Below are positions 1 to 13,500 of a stretch of DNA of 64,000 nucleotides, piece after piece (within the stretch, counting starts at the first letter, position 1; each line of letters begins with the position of its first letter). The stretch covers positions 99,913 through 163,912 of IMG/VR virus record IMGVR_UViG_3300010365_001248; one strand, given 5' to 3'. The notes beneath the pieces are model-generated. The model saw only the letters and a program-made list of their open reading frames with translations. It made no database searches and was not told the origin of the DNA. Origin of the DNA: a virus (taxonomy: Duplodnaviria; Caudoviricetes). Position numbers and translations under genes: made by a program.

Positions 1-565
1 CATCATAAGTAGCTAATACTAAAGGTTCTACACCAAAAAAAGAAGGAGTATCCATCCATTCACCTGTCATAGAATCTTTAACTTTATTCATTTGAGCTAA
101 TTCTCTCACAGACCAAGGAGATTCAGCAGTATAATTCAAACGTTCAGCTAAACTTTTATTAACTAAATCAGGATTAGGGGCGGAAATATATTTACTAGTT
201 AGTGTTCTATCCTCACCTAATTTAGATAATTGATAAGCATTATTATCAGTAATTTTTAACCAAGCATCATTTAAATAACCATTATCTTTAAATAAATTAT
301 CTGCTTTTTTAACATCTTGTAAAATACCTAATTTTTGATACTGAGCTTCAGCAGAAGCATAAACATTATCAAATAATTTATCCTCAAATTCTCCAGTAGT
401 TGGATTAGTAAATTTTTCTTTAATGACCTCACTGTTTTTATAAGTATCTTTATCATAAAAAGAAGTATTATCAGTAGTCATTCCTTTATCAACTAAGTCT
501 ACAATGGAGGCATTACCTCCATTGTCTACTAGACTTAGTAGTAAATCATATTGTTTATCTTCCAT
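1..565 (-). CDS. N-terminus of very large virion cargo/ejection protein (runs off window start)
   Basis: ATG at 565 (MEDKQYDLLLSLVDNGGNASIVDLVDKGMTTDNT...), open to position 1; follows the large cargo genes as in crAss-like phages. Confidence 0.6.
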   Translation of the reverse strand, partial: MEDKQYDLLLSLVDNGGNASIVDLVDKGMTTDNTSFYDKDTYKNSEVIKEKFTNPTTGEFEDKLFDNVYASAEAQYQKLGILQDVKKADNLFKDNGYLNDAWLKITDNNAYQLSKLGEDRTLTSKYISAPNPDLVNKSLAERLNYTAESPWSVRELAQMNKVKDSMTGEWMDTPSFFGVEPLVLATYD

Positions 566-3500
566 TCTTTATTGTATTTTCTGAAAGTTGTACATCTGTG
601 AGTTTATGGTCCATAATTTTACCATTAATTTCAGTAGTACTACGTGAATAATGGTGATTATTATCGCCAAAGGCATCTATTTGCATTGGAATATAAATAG
701 CTCCTGACCAAATTTTTGATAAATCCTCAGCTTTAATTTTATTCTTAGAATCTAAACCTAAAGCTTTATTTATAGTAGTAGCCATAGATTCTCTTAAAGT
801 AGTTCTATCATCAGATATTTCTGTTCCTAAACCATTAGGAGTATCATAGGCATCTACCATATCAAACCAACTATCATTTGTCATCTTAAAAGCTTTTTCA
901 TCTGCTCTAGCATAACAAAATAAGAAAGGTGAAAAATTAATAATAGAATCTAAATTAATATTTAATTCTTTACAAGCTAATTGAATCTATCCTAAACTTT
1001 CAGGAGTAAAATTAGCTTTTATATTATTAAAGGCTTCAGCTGTTACTTTTTGATTATTTCTAGTAGTAATACCAGCTCCATTTAAATATTTAATAAGTTT
1101 ATTTAATTGTTCATAAGCCTAGAAATTAGGAGTACCATCTGCATTAGTTGGTAAATTAGCTTGATAAAAATAATTATTAGTTAAAACAACTTTATTCCAA
1201 TCATCAATTTCTTTACCTAAGAAAGTAGCTCTAGAAGTGTCACCAAAACTTTTAATATCAGATTTATTTAATAGTTGACTACCTGTTAATGGCTATTCTC
1301 CACTAACTTTTTTACCTTCAATAGTTAAAGTGCCTTCATGTACTTTATGAACACTACTAACATTACCTGCAGTATGTTCAAGATCAGGTCCTCCAATCAT
1401 AACATTCATAACTTTATCTTGACCAGATAAGTGCATAATATCACGTTGCATAGGAGTAATATCAGTTTCTTCTAATTTACGTTGGGCATCTTTTGCAGCT
1501 TTTTCATGATCCTAAAGTTGAGTAAATTCAGTTTCACTAATTTCATTAATTCTTTGAGGAGCTAATAATTCAATTATATAAGTAGATAAATCAACTCCTG
1601 ATTCTTTAGCTTTTAAAGCAGCTAAAACCTATTCTTGAGTAGTCATACTTCTATATAAAGAATTTAAAGCATAACTTAATTGCTCATAATTATTTTTATT
1701 TTCTTGTTTTAATTTATATAAACCTTCACCTATAGTATATTTATTTGTATTTACGTCAGTTAAAAGTTGATTTAAAATACTACCTGTTCCTGAAACAATT
1801 TGACCATCTTCAACTCTACCTATAGCATGAGCTATAACTTGATTATGTCCTAATTTTTCTGTTAAAGCTTTAACTTTATCTAATAAAGATTTAACACTAA
1901 TTCCATTATTAATATCAGTAATAATATTGCTATTAAATGAGGCAGACATATCTCTATTTCTAGTATCAAGTGCCTCGCCATAAGTTACTATTCTATTACC
2001 TTCTACTTCATTTAAATAAACTTTTTTATAGTTTCCTTCAGGATCTTGTACCATAATTTTACCTAAAGAATCAATATAAGCTTCGCCCATACCTTCTATA
2101 GTTTGAATGTGTTTAAGTGACTCATCATAAGCTTTTTTATGATCTTCAGCCTATTTAATTTTACTTTGAATAGCTAAAGCTTGAGCTTCTATATTAGCTG
2201 TATTACCTAATTCAAGACCAGAAAGTAATCTACCTATAGCACCTTCAATTAATTTTCTATCATTATCTAGGGCACTAGAAGTTTTTAAAAGTTCTAATAA
2301 TTTACTCGATCCTGCTGAGTCGTCTTTTTTTTTATTTCCTGAAGCAGCTCCTGTAAACCAAATAGGTGGTTGAATAGTTTCACTTGGAGTTCGTACTGGG
2401 GTAAATTCAGTAGTAACAATACCTCCACCAAACTAATATTTACTAGCTCTATAAAGTCTTTTAATGGCATTTATAGTAGTTCTCTAAAATCTATCATTAT
2501 CTTTATTTATTGTTTTAGAAAAACGATCCTCATCTTTCTAACGTTTCTTTAAAGTTTCTTTTTGTAAAGAAGTACCATCTTTAGCATAAGCTGGTTTAAT
2601 AATAGGATTAGTTTGTGGTTTAGGTTTATTTATATTAACTCCTTTAGATTCATAATAATCTAGGTGCCCCTATTGTATACCATTTTTAATAATATCAATA
2701 ACTACTGCTTGTTCTTCAGGTGTTGCTGTTTGACACCAAGCTTGGAATTGACTAGGAGCATATAAATAATTATGAGCCTAAACAACTAAATTTGCAGGTA
2801 AATCTGGATGACTTTTAATATAAGAATTAATACCATTTTGACTTGCAAATTCTTGCTCATACATATCCTAAAGAGCCTCACGTCTATTTTTGAATTTCTA
2901 CCAATCAGTTTGCCAAACTTTACGTCCATTATCAAGAATATTAGTAATACTTGCATTACGTAATTGTTTGTTCATCAATTGATTCATTCTAGATTTAGCT
3001 ATAGCTAATCTGTTTTCCATAGCTACATCATGACGTATATTTTTATTTTCTTTTTCTTGCTACCAAGCTATTTCAGAAGTTTGTTGTCTTTTAGCATTAT
3101 CAGCTGCATTTCCTTGTGTTATAGCATCATTAGCAGCAATCTACGATTGTAATTGAGCTGCATGTGTTTGAGCCATATCACTAGATATAGGTTTAGAAGC
3201 AGCATTTAATAAATTACCTGCATTCTATTCTCCCTATACTTTAGATAAATAATCTCCATAAATAGCATGATGATGTTCAACAGGATCTTTTAATATAGGT
3301 TTTTCGGCTTCTTGAGCTAATTTATAATTTCTTAAAGTATTACCTATATTTAATCCCATACCTGCCATATCATATAAATGATCCCAATCTAACCAAAATT
3401 TATTTTGTTTAGTATCCTCTTCAGGAGGAGGAATTAAAGCAGGATTTTTAGCTGGATAATTTTCAGACCATTCAGTCCAATTAAATTTACTAGAACCAGG

Positions 3501-4022
3501 AGTTATAGAACCAGGAGTTATAGAACCAGGGGTTATAGAACCAGGGGTTATAGAACCAGGAGTTATAGAACCAGGAGTTACACTAGTTGGAGTAATAGTT
3601 GTTTTAGTTTGAGCTGGTGTAACAGTTTCTCCTGATACAATTCCTTTATTTTTTATATTAGCATCTGTCTAATCATAAATTTTTTGAATATCCTATTTTG
3701 TAGGATTTCCCTAATTTGTTTGATTATTATCTACTTTTTTATAAGCTATATTATTAAATTTATTTAAATAAGCATTATAATAATTAGTAGAATCTCCTTT
3801 TAATTGGAAAGGTTTTTGAGACAATAATTTCCAAGAAGGATCAATAGCTCCAGTTTGTATATAAGGAGTATTTTGAGTAGTAGCAAAGGGGTTAAATTTT
3901 ACCCCATTACTATTAGTCCACTCAACTTCTCTTTGTAACTATTGAATATCTTGATATTGACCTGTTTTCCAAAAATCGTCCCAATTATTATATGTAATAT
4001 TACTGACTTTAAATGGAACCAT
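555..4022 (-). CDS. Large virion cargo/ejection protein, ~1155 aa (TAG=Gln)
   Basis: ATG 4022 in frame with ORF fragments 1629-2090 and 555-884; 3468 nt; TAA at 555; contains ITPGS repeats. Confidence 0.7.
3491..3580 (-). repeat. Six tandem 15-bp coding repeats encoding (I/V)TPGS x6
   Basis: tagaaccagg(a/g)gtta repeated six times. Confidence 0.95.
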
Positions 4023-7000
4023 ATTTATTTATAAATTTTTTATATATATCAAAATCTATTTTTCCTCCTGTTTTCTTTAAATTTATTTTTAAAGCTTCTG
4101 TTAACTCTTCTGGAGTATATTGTTTAACATTAGGAATATTTTCAATTTTATAATTTTTTCCATTTATAAATAAATTAGTAGAATAGTCTAACTATTTAAT
4201 TTTAGAAGAATTATTTGAAAAAGATTTCTTTAAATCTTCTATAGTTTTTTGTAATGCCTCTCTATATTCTGTAGATGCTTCTTTAATACTTTTTGTAAGT
4301 TCTTGATTATTATTAGGAATTTTAGTATTTGTAGAATTATAAGCTTTTCTTAACTTCTCTAAATACTATTTTGCTTCATCATGATTATAAAGTTTTCCGT
4401 TAATTTCAATATTGGCATTTCTATGAGTTACATTATTTGGATCAGCACTATCAAAAGATTTTTTTAAATCATCTCTTTGTGCATCATAATCTCTCTATAA
4501 TTTTTCCTACTAATTAGAAAGATATTTTTCATTTCTTGAATTAATATCTTTAGCTAATGTTTCTCTATTTATAGGACTAGTAGATTTAGATCCATTTTTA
4601 TTTGCATTAAAAGATGTAACTGGGCGATCCCTACGTACTGCACTAAATACTCGTTTAATATTAGGTGTAAAATTTTCTGCATCAATAGTAGGTAAATTAC
4701 TAAGCTTATTCTATATAGCGGAAAGCCAAGAATCATAATCATTAAAATATATAACTGATTCCCCTTTTTCATTTAAAACTTTATTCCCCTTATTATCAAC
4801 TTTTGGTTTACCTACAATATTATGATCTACAATAACATCACTTTCAGTACCAAATATTTTTTTAGGAGCTTTACCTTCAATATAAAGTTCATTAGTATTT
4901 AAATTCTCTTTTACTGGTCTTAAAGGATTATTAGTTGTTTTAAACCATTCTGTTGGTTTCCATCCTGGAGTCCAATTAGGATCATTTACTACTTTAAAAG
5001 AATTGCTTCCAAACATATTTTCTAAAATGTCATTCTATTCTTTTAAAGATTTAGCATTCTTTAATGCTGTAGCATCATTTCCTTCAACCACAAGATGCTA
5101 AATATTTCCTTCAGCATTTTGAACTTTAACTCCTACTTTATTAGTAGATTCTGTCCAATTATTTTTAGAAAGTTGACGTTTAACTACAGATTTACCAGCT
5201 GATGTTAAACCTGCAATTTGAGTTAAAGCATTTAGCATGTGACGCATATCTTCAGTAGAAATAGGTTCATCGGTAAATAATTTTTTAAAAGAAGATGCCT
5301 CATTATATAATCCATAACTATTTAAAGCTAATAAGATAGGACCTGCATATTTTCCTAAAGTAGCAACTGCTTTAGCTACTTTAGTTGCTGCTCCTATTTC
5401 TGGAATTAAAGCTAGAGCATCAGTACCTAAATTTAAACCAGTATTATAAAAAGCTTCTTTTAATGTAACTGCTGGATCAGTAAAATCAGCTATAGCATTT
5501 ACAGTAGTACCAGCTAATCCAGTTGCTGCTGCTAAAGGAACACCTGCTCCAGTAACATTCAGAACTGCTGAAGCTAAATCCGCTACTGCTGCTCCTAGTC
5601 TAGTAGAGTCTTGCCAAGTAAAACCTGCATCAGAATGATTAACACTCCAATTATCCTTATCTATAGGTCTACTTTTTGCATAAGCAGTTTTATAATCATA
5701 TTTTTCAGGAAAAAAGAAAGCATCTTTAGATTTTTGATTATGATAATTATGAATTTGATAATTATAATCAATATCTTTAATAGGGGCATCTACTGTTCCT
5801 CCTAATTGCTTTTTAACTATTGATTTAATTGTATTTATACTGTCAGCATAATCAATATAGTTCTAGGTAGAATCAAATTTATAATTATTTAAAGTTTTTA
5901 ATATTAAATTAATAGTATTTATATCCCAATTAGTATCTTTTGTTAAATCATCAATAATAGTTCCTAAAGATTTAGAAACATATTTTAATTTATTTGTTTT
6001 AGGATTAACCTCAACTGTCCATAAATATTGACTATTTGGATTATCTTTACTTAATTGCCCAGGTAATACAAAATAAGAAGGTTTAGTAATATCTGGAGTA
6101 ATTTTAAAAATATTTTCATTTATATCATATTTTTCATAAGGTAATAAATTATAATTACCTAAAGACAAACGTAATTTAACTAAATCATTAAATCCTGAAT
6201 ATTCATATTTCCATAAATTTTTACCAAGAGCAGCATCTGCTTTAAATTTACTCAAAGTATCTTTATATAAAGATTTTATAGTTTCTGGAGCATCTGCTTC
6301 AAGCTCTGATGGAAATAATAATTTATAATTTTTATTATTATCATTAATACCTAATGATTTATTATAACCTATTATAAAAGGAACATAAGTTCTATTTTCA
6401 CCTTTAACCCATGTAGGATTTCCTAAAGATTGTGATATATTATCATAAACAAGAGAATTTCCAATATGAGTTTTAAAGGTTTCACTATTAGGTTTTGAAT
6501 TAAAATTTGTATTTCTTATCCATTGATATAAATGTTTAAATTCAGGTTCATCCTTTTGTAATTCTGGAGCTAATTTATTATAAAGCATTACTGGTGAAGA
6601 TTCCATTAAAAATTCGTTTTCTCCTTTATAATAAGGATTTTCAATTTTAGATTGTTTATCATCTTTTTTATCTTCAGTCGAAGTCTTGTCTTCTGTACCT
6701 GTTGAATCTCCACTAGAACTACCTTCAGAACTACCTTCAGAACCTTGAGTAGAACCTTCTTTTTTAGGAGCTTCCTATTTTACAAATTTATACCCTGGTG
6801 TGGTAGTAGGCTATTTAGCAGTCTCTGATTCAGGTAAATTATTATAAACCCACTTCATATAATAGTGAGCTATATCATCTAAATTCTAGGTAATGATTTC
6901 ATCTTTACCTTTTTTCTTATTACGAATATTATAAATTGTCTGCCCAGTAGAACCTACTCCTTGTACATAAGGGACATTTCCAGCATCATCTATATTAAAA

Positions 7001-7167
7001 TTAGGAGTATTAACTTGATTAATATTTACATCAATTCTAGAAGCTAAATTTTGTATAGAATCAGCAGGTAATCCAAAATTCTTTTGAGCATAAATTAGAA
7101 AAGTGTCTTTATTTTGCCTAAGGGCTTTTGTATATAAATCTTTCTATTCTCTATTTAATTGATCCAT
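4009..7167 (-). CDS. Large virion cargo/ejection protein with hydrophobic Gly/Ala segment, ~1052 aa (TAG=Gln)
   Basis: ATG 7167 in frame with 5863-6606 and 4711-5016; TAA 4009; hydrophobic helices at ~5330-5600. Confidence 0.7.
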
Positions 7168-7172
7168 ATTAT

Positions 7173-7208
7173 AAAAAATAAAGGGTCCATAATAAAATTA
7201 TGAACCCT
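7173..7208 (-). terminator. Intrinsic terminator
   Basis: AGGGTTCATAAT-TTT-ATTATGGACCCT hairpin followed by U-tract. Confidence 0.75.
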
Positions 7209-7214
7209 AGTTAA

Positions 7215-7505
7215 TTAATAATTCTGAAAATAAGCTTGACCATTTTTAAGTGTACCGGCTTTTCTAACAAGTGTACCGCCATTTCTCATAGCAGGAGCTT
7301 CAGCTGCACCACCTTGAAGCATTTCCATGATCATTTGTGCCAATGCCATTGCAGCATCTGGTCCAAGGGCTTCAATAATTTGTTGAGCCATTTGTTGTAG
7401 CTGAGCCATAGGATCTTCAGCAGCTCCTTGAGGTGCACCAGCTTCTACAGGTTGAGTAGCTTCAGGAGCCATCTCACCACCTTCTTGAAATTTCTTAAGT
7501 TTCAT
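7215..7505 (-). CDS. Small Ala/Gln/Met-rich crAss-like virion protein
   Basis: Intact 96-aa ORF with KFQEGG and MRNGG motifs, own terminator, no TAG. Confidence 0.75.
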   Translation of the reverse strand: MKLKKFQEGGEMAPEATQPVEAGAPQGAAEDPMAQLQQMAQQIIEALGPDAAMALAQMIMEMLQGGAAEAPAMRNGGTLVRKAGTLKNGQAYFQNY

Positions 7506-7605
7506 TTTAATATATATTATAAGTTAATTTATCTACATGAGTAGAATATAAAATCTATGTTGAAAACTAGACAATAGTTATAATTAAAGTTATTATAAAA
7601 CAATA

Positions 7606-8190
7606 TTATTTTGGCAATTCTACATATTGTTTTTCTCTGTGATCCTGAGCATAAAGTTCTTTAAATAAAGCTTTACCTAATTTTTTACATATTTTATTAT
7701 AATTTTCAGGATCATCTGAATATTCATTTGCCAATTTAGCTAATCGAATAAATTTTAAAGTAGATTTTCTACTAAATATTCTTTCACCTCCTTTAAGTAA
7801 CATTTGAGTAGATCCATCAGATCCTATAACTTTCATAGTATAATCTTGTAAATCATCAAAATCTACTTCATCTCCTACATTAATTCCTGAATTAGCATTT
7901 ACTTCTAATAAATATTTACAATTAGAAAAAGGAATTAAAGTTTCACTTTCAGGAGACGCTGTATAAACTGAGGTTACTGTTTCAGCTTTATTTATAGCTA
8001 TTTGATCTAAAGGAATTTTAGTATCTTTCATCCAAAATTTATAAGTTCCCTATTTATCAAATATAAAAAGCATCCCTTCATCAGGGGGTAAATAATCTAT
8101 ATTTTGTAATCCTTGTTTACGTTCTTCTTCAGTTTCTGCTACTTGGCAAATATAAACTTTATCATTTATAGTAATTTTTACCTTATTCAT
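7606..8190 (-). CDS. DUF192-family protein (TAG=Gln)
   Basis: VAETEEERKQGL...EGMLFIF..Q.TYKFWMKDTKIPLD signature spans one TAG; ATG overlaps upstream TGA. Confidence 0.85.
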
Positions 8191-9020
8191 GAAAACATTT
8201 TATTAGATTTATTAATACTAAATTGAGTTTGTAATTTACTTACATAAGCAGGGTCTATAGCGTAAAATCTACGTTTCTTATTATTTCCCTATAATTTTTG
8301 AGCAAATGTAACAATATCATCATCTTCTTTTACTCCATAAAGATTTTTAACTAATTTAGTTGTATCTTGTATATATTCCTTCATATTTTTATATACTCGG
8401 AATTCAGGGTGAATTAGATTATTATTTTTATCCCTATCATTTCCTTTATGAGTAGGACCTTTCCAACGTCCTTTAGTTATATTACCAAAATTATAAGCAG
8501 CTTGATTAGCAGAACCATATTTAGATTCTACGGCATCTTTAGTAATTAAATTTTTAATAAAATTATCAGATAATCCTAATTCACGTCCAGCTTTAAAATA
8601 ATCTTGAACCCATAAAAAAGGTTTACCTTTATATTTATTTCTTTGTGAATGATTGTTATGAGGTAAATAACCGTCAAGGGTATTTGATTCATCTATATAA
8701 GCAACTTGATGATAATTTGAATCATATTCATCTTCTTCAGAAGAATTCTCAGATTGCTATTGATCCTAAGTTTTAGGTGTTTCAGTTTGATTATCAGGAG
8801 TTTCCTCATTAGCTTTAGACGCAGCATTTTGAACTTTTTCTTTTACATAGTCAGAAATACTTAAATAATCAGGATCTTTTATTTTCCAATTAGGTAAAGG
8901 TAGATCCTCATTATATTCACGGACTGCTTGAAAAGGATTTGAGGCTTGTGCCATTGTAGTAGTAATAAGATGAGATTGTCCCTCCCCATTTAAATATTCT
9001 TGATGATTATTATTGAGCAT
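8187..9020 (-). CDS. Glucosaminidase (GH73/FlgJ-like) peptidoglycan hydrolase (TAG=Gln)
   Basis: AVESKYG...YNFGNI...FRVY...YAIDPAY motifs appear after read-through of TAG at 8766; 834 nt. Confidence 0.75.
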
Positions 9021-10521
9021 TGTTTAATACTAATTTAGTTCCTTCTTTTGCTACTTCGATAAGTCCCGTATTATCTTGTGTATTTGCAAGTATTTGATAT
9101 ACTAATTCTTTACCTACATTTAAAGCAATTTCATCTTGTTCTTTACCTTTAGCTTCATAAAATTTATGATAGTTTTCTTCTAAAAACTAGGAAACTTCTA
9201 AACTAAAAATAATTTCATTTAATTCTATTTCAGCTTGTTGATTTCCTTCATCATCTATAACAGGAATACCTTTTTTAGTAATAGAAGAATCATCAAATCC
9301 AGTTTCTTTTAAATTATGTTTATTTTTATGTAAAGCTCCTTCAGGTATAACATTTTGATCCGATTCAATATTATTAGGAGATTCTAGTTTACCTCCTTCT
9401 TTTAAATAAGTAGTTAAAAAATCATCAAATGATTCAATTTCTTTATAATTTTCAAGAAAATCATCAAATGATTCTATTTCTAGTTTACCTCCTTCTTTAG
9501 CTGATAATCTAGAATATCTAGGATCATATCCTCCATTTAACATTACTGTATTATGAATATGATTAATATCAGACATAGATTCAGCAGCATTTTTTAAATC
9601 ATCATTTTCATTAGCAATCTAAGCCATAATAGTTTGTTGACGATTTGCTTCATTAATTTTAGCATTATCTCTATTACGAGCACGCCTACCACCTAAACCT
9701 AAAAATCCATGTCTTAATCCAGAAAGTTGAGACGCTTCATTAGCTGCTGCTAAAGTAGAACCATAAGAACCTCCTACTTTTTCAAAAGTATAATCATCTT
9801 TCTAAAAAGTTTTATTATAAGGACCTACACCTGCATAATCCATAATAGAATCAGCTAAATTAATACTCTTTAGTATAGGAGCTGCTGCATTTGCAGGAGG
9901 GGGTAATTGAGAAGCTAATTCAGCTCCAGCTGCAATACCTCCCCTCATCATAGTAGTTCCTTTAGAATCATTCTAATTAGATCCTAAAGCATACATTCCC
10001 ATCTAAGCTAAACCTAAACCTATATTAACATTTTGTAGCCAATTTTGTTGTTTAGTTTTATCAATAGGTTTTAAATTACTGAATCCTCCATTTCCTTTAC
10101 TAAAAATAATTTGTTCACCAGGTGATTGATTATTATCTCCAGGTAATTTATTATCATCATAAAATGAGGGATCTCTTAAAGTATCTTCTTCGTTTTCTAA
10201 AGATTTATCTAATTCTCCTGATTTTTGGAGCTAATTTAAATGTTGTTGCTCTGGAGATTCTTCATTATAAATTTTATACTAATTTTTAATTGTCTCATCA
10301 AAATTCTAATCCTATAAATAATTCTAGTTCTAATTAATTTCAAATAAGGGATCATTTATAAAATCAGTTTGAATATTATCTATTAATTTTTGTTTATTTC
10401 TATTTCTAGATAAAGCTTGAACAACTAAATCAGTAGTAGGATATTTATTATCAGGAAAGGAGAATCCTCCTTGCCCTTTTAATACTTCTTTTTTTATTTT
10501 CTAAAATCTAATATTACGCAT
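9010..10521 (-). CDS. crAss-like virion/cargo protein, ~503 aa (TAG=Gln)
   Basis: In frame with 9187-9576; C-terminal NVIPEGALHKNKH...AEIELNEIIF domain; repeated KEGGK motifs. Confidence 0.7.
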
Positions 10522-13500
10522 AACTATTTGTATATAACGTATTTAAGAAATCTATTATTGCTAATTCATCTCCTGTATATCTGATTTTGATTTTAATAAA
10601 CCTATCTCGTAAAGGTACACTTTGAAGGTTTTGACCTTCGCCATAAGGACCCATTTGATAAATAGAAAGACTATCACGCCAATTGCTAAAATCAATATCA
10701 TTAAGTCCATAGCCTATATCACTAAGAACTTCAGGGATTTGAACAAGTCCATTATTATATTTAATTTGATCATAAGCTTTAGTAGGTATTGGTGCATTTT
10801 TAACTAGTAATGGTGGTCTATTTACATCATTCCAAGTAGATTGTTTAAACATATTATAATTAACTGGTTTATATTCATTTTTAAATAAAATATATAAAGG
10901 AGGTATATTAATATACCAAGTATCCTCAATATATCTCATATTACTATGAATTAAACTATTTGCATCATCATCACTAAAGTCTTTAAAATCAATTCCTTTA
11001 ATATGGTTACAATATCTAAATTCTTGTCTATTAGGATAATATGTAATTTCTCCTCCAGATAAATATCTATAATCTTTAGAAGTAGATGAAGTAGCTGTTA
11101 CATAATAATCTTCTACCTCATTAATAGTATCTTGTCTAGCTACATAATGATGAGGTAAATCAATAGATACTTCATTCTATTCAGGCTATAAAGTTAAGAA
11201 ATTATTATTATAACAAATATCAGCACCATTAGCTTGCCATAAAGCTCGTAAAGCTTCTTGTCTATAATAAGCATTTAATTTATCATTAGAAAACTCATAA
11301 GCTTCTCCTACTACTTCAAAATGGAAACTTTCAGGTTTAGCTTTATTTGCTATTAATTGTAAATTCTAAAAAACTTTATGTTGATCGGGACGATCAACTA
11401 CAATTACTTCAAATTCAAAAGGATGTTGTTTACCATACCAATAACAAGGGTATATTTTATCTGCAATATCTACAATTCCTGCAAAACCATGTTTCCAAAA
11501 ATCTGTAGATAAAAATTGTAAATTCCATTCAGGAATTATAGCAACCATAGACTCATAAGTACCTGCATTAGCATAATTAGATAAATCTTTATCTCCTTCA
11601 GTATAAATATAATAAGCTTGTCTTGGATCTAAATCATTTTCTAATTTAACTTTAATAGTAGCTTTTAAAGGCAATAAAGTGATTAATTTATCAGGATTAA
11701 TCTATTTGTCTACACTATTATTTCTAGGTCTACAAAGTCTTTTATGATTTCTATTAATAAATATAGGTAGTTCTTCTACTGCTTCAAAATATTCTTCAGG
11801 ATTTTCAGTAGTATGTTTATCTTTATAATTATCCCAATCAGGATAAACATGAGTTGGTTGAGAATTTCTATAATATAATTCTGATTTTAATTCCCATAAT
11901 CTATTAGCATTTACTAATAAATGGTAACCATCTTCTTGTTTATCTAATTCAATATATTGTAAAGTTCTAAAAGGATCATAATCTCCTTTAGTAAATTCTA
12001 TAATATAATCTAACCCTTCAGGTAATACTCTATTAGATAAAGTTAATTTACCTAGATCATACCATTGTTGATCATTCGTTAATAAATTTTTACGAATAAC
12101 AACATTATCACAAGTAATACCATCAGCAAAAGAATTTTCTGAATGACATTGACCTAATTTAGCAATCCATTTAGAAGTATTTCTATCAAAACTAAAAGGA
12201 ATATTATTAATATTAGCCATAAAACTAGGCACCCAAGAATAGAAAGTAACAAAAGTTATTAATTGTTCATTCCAACATAAATTCCAAACACATTCTTGAA
12301 CACCATAAGTATCATCATAGAAAGTAAACATTACATCCTCTTTATAAGCATTATAACAAGTTTTAACATTTTTTAAACCTAAAATTGGATCTAATTCTCT
12401 TTCGGATAAAGTAATATTACTATTTAAAAATTCTCCTACTTTAAAATCAGAAAGTATAGTTAAATTAGTACCATTAGTATACCAAATTTTTTTAGCTACA
12501 GTATCAACTCCATAAACTCCTTTAGGAGTAGAAAGAATAGAATCCTGCCATTGACTACCATAACAATCTGATATAACTATTAAATCACTCAATACATTAT
12601 TAGTATTTAAATACTATTGACCTGCTTTTAAATTTTCTAAAGGACCTTGAGGGTTTATTTGAATCATACTAATTCCGTGTTCAAATACTACTAATAAATT
12701 ATTATTTAAATTTACAATTTTAGTAATTTCTCCATATTCTCTAGTATAATCTTTATAAGCAGGGCCTTGAAATACTCTAAAACCATTTTTAAAGGCATCA
12801 TTAACTTGAATATCAGAATACATTATTCTAGTACCAAACCAATTTTTAATAGCAGGTACGTCAGGTTCTTCATAATTATTTCTTTCAGATAATGATTTTA
12901 TAAATCCATTATTATAAGCTTGAGATTCAGGATGTTTATAGTTACCATCAGTATTCATATCATAATAAGGATAATAACCTCTAGGGTGCATTGTCATTGC
13001 CATTTCATCAACATTAGAATAATCTAAAGTTCTAATATTTAAATTTTTAGAAGAACGAATTCTAAAAGTAATCCACATTCCTAATTTAATAGCATTAACA
13101 TCTCCTAAATTTATTTCTCCATAGCTAGTAGGATCATTAGGATCATAATGATCTTTCCATGAACTACTATCTACTATTTTATCATTATAAGGAGCTGAAG
13201 GATCTTGAAAATTTCTATTTAGTCTATGAGTAACTTGACATAAATAACAATCACCTCTATGTAAGATCCATTGATAACCTATTTGAGCATTACTTGCAGC
13301 AGAAGTTAAAGAAGCATCTTTTTCTATTTGATTATCAGCAATATCCAGCATAGCAAATCTTTCTGAAATAGCCTCAAAAGGAGATTGATCGTGCATACGA
13401 ATCGCAAAATAATCTGGCATTTGTGCTTCATTATAATTAGGAATATAGATATTAACAATACAAGCTGGATTTAAAACATCTTCTTTATCAGAATAGCCTA

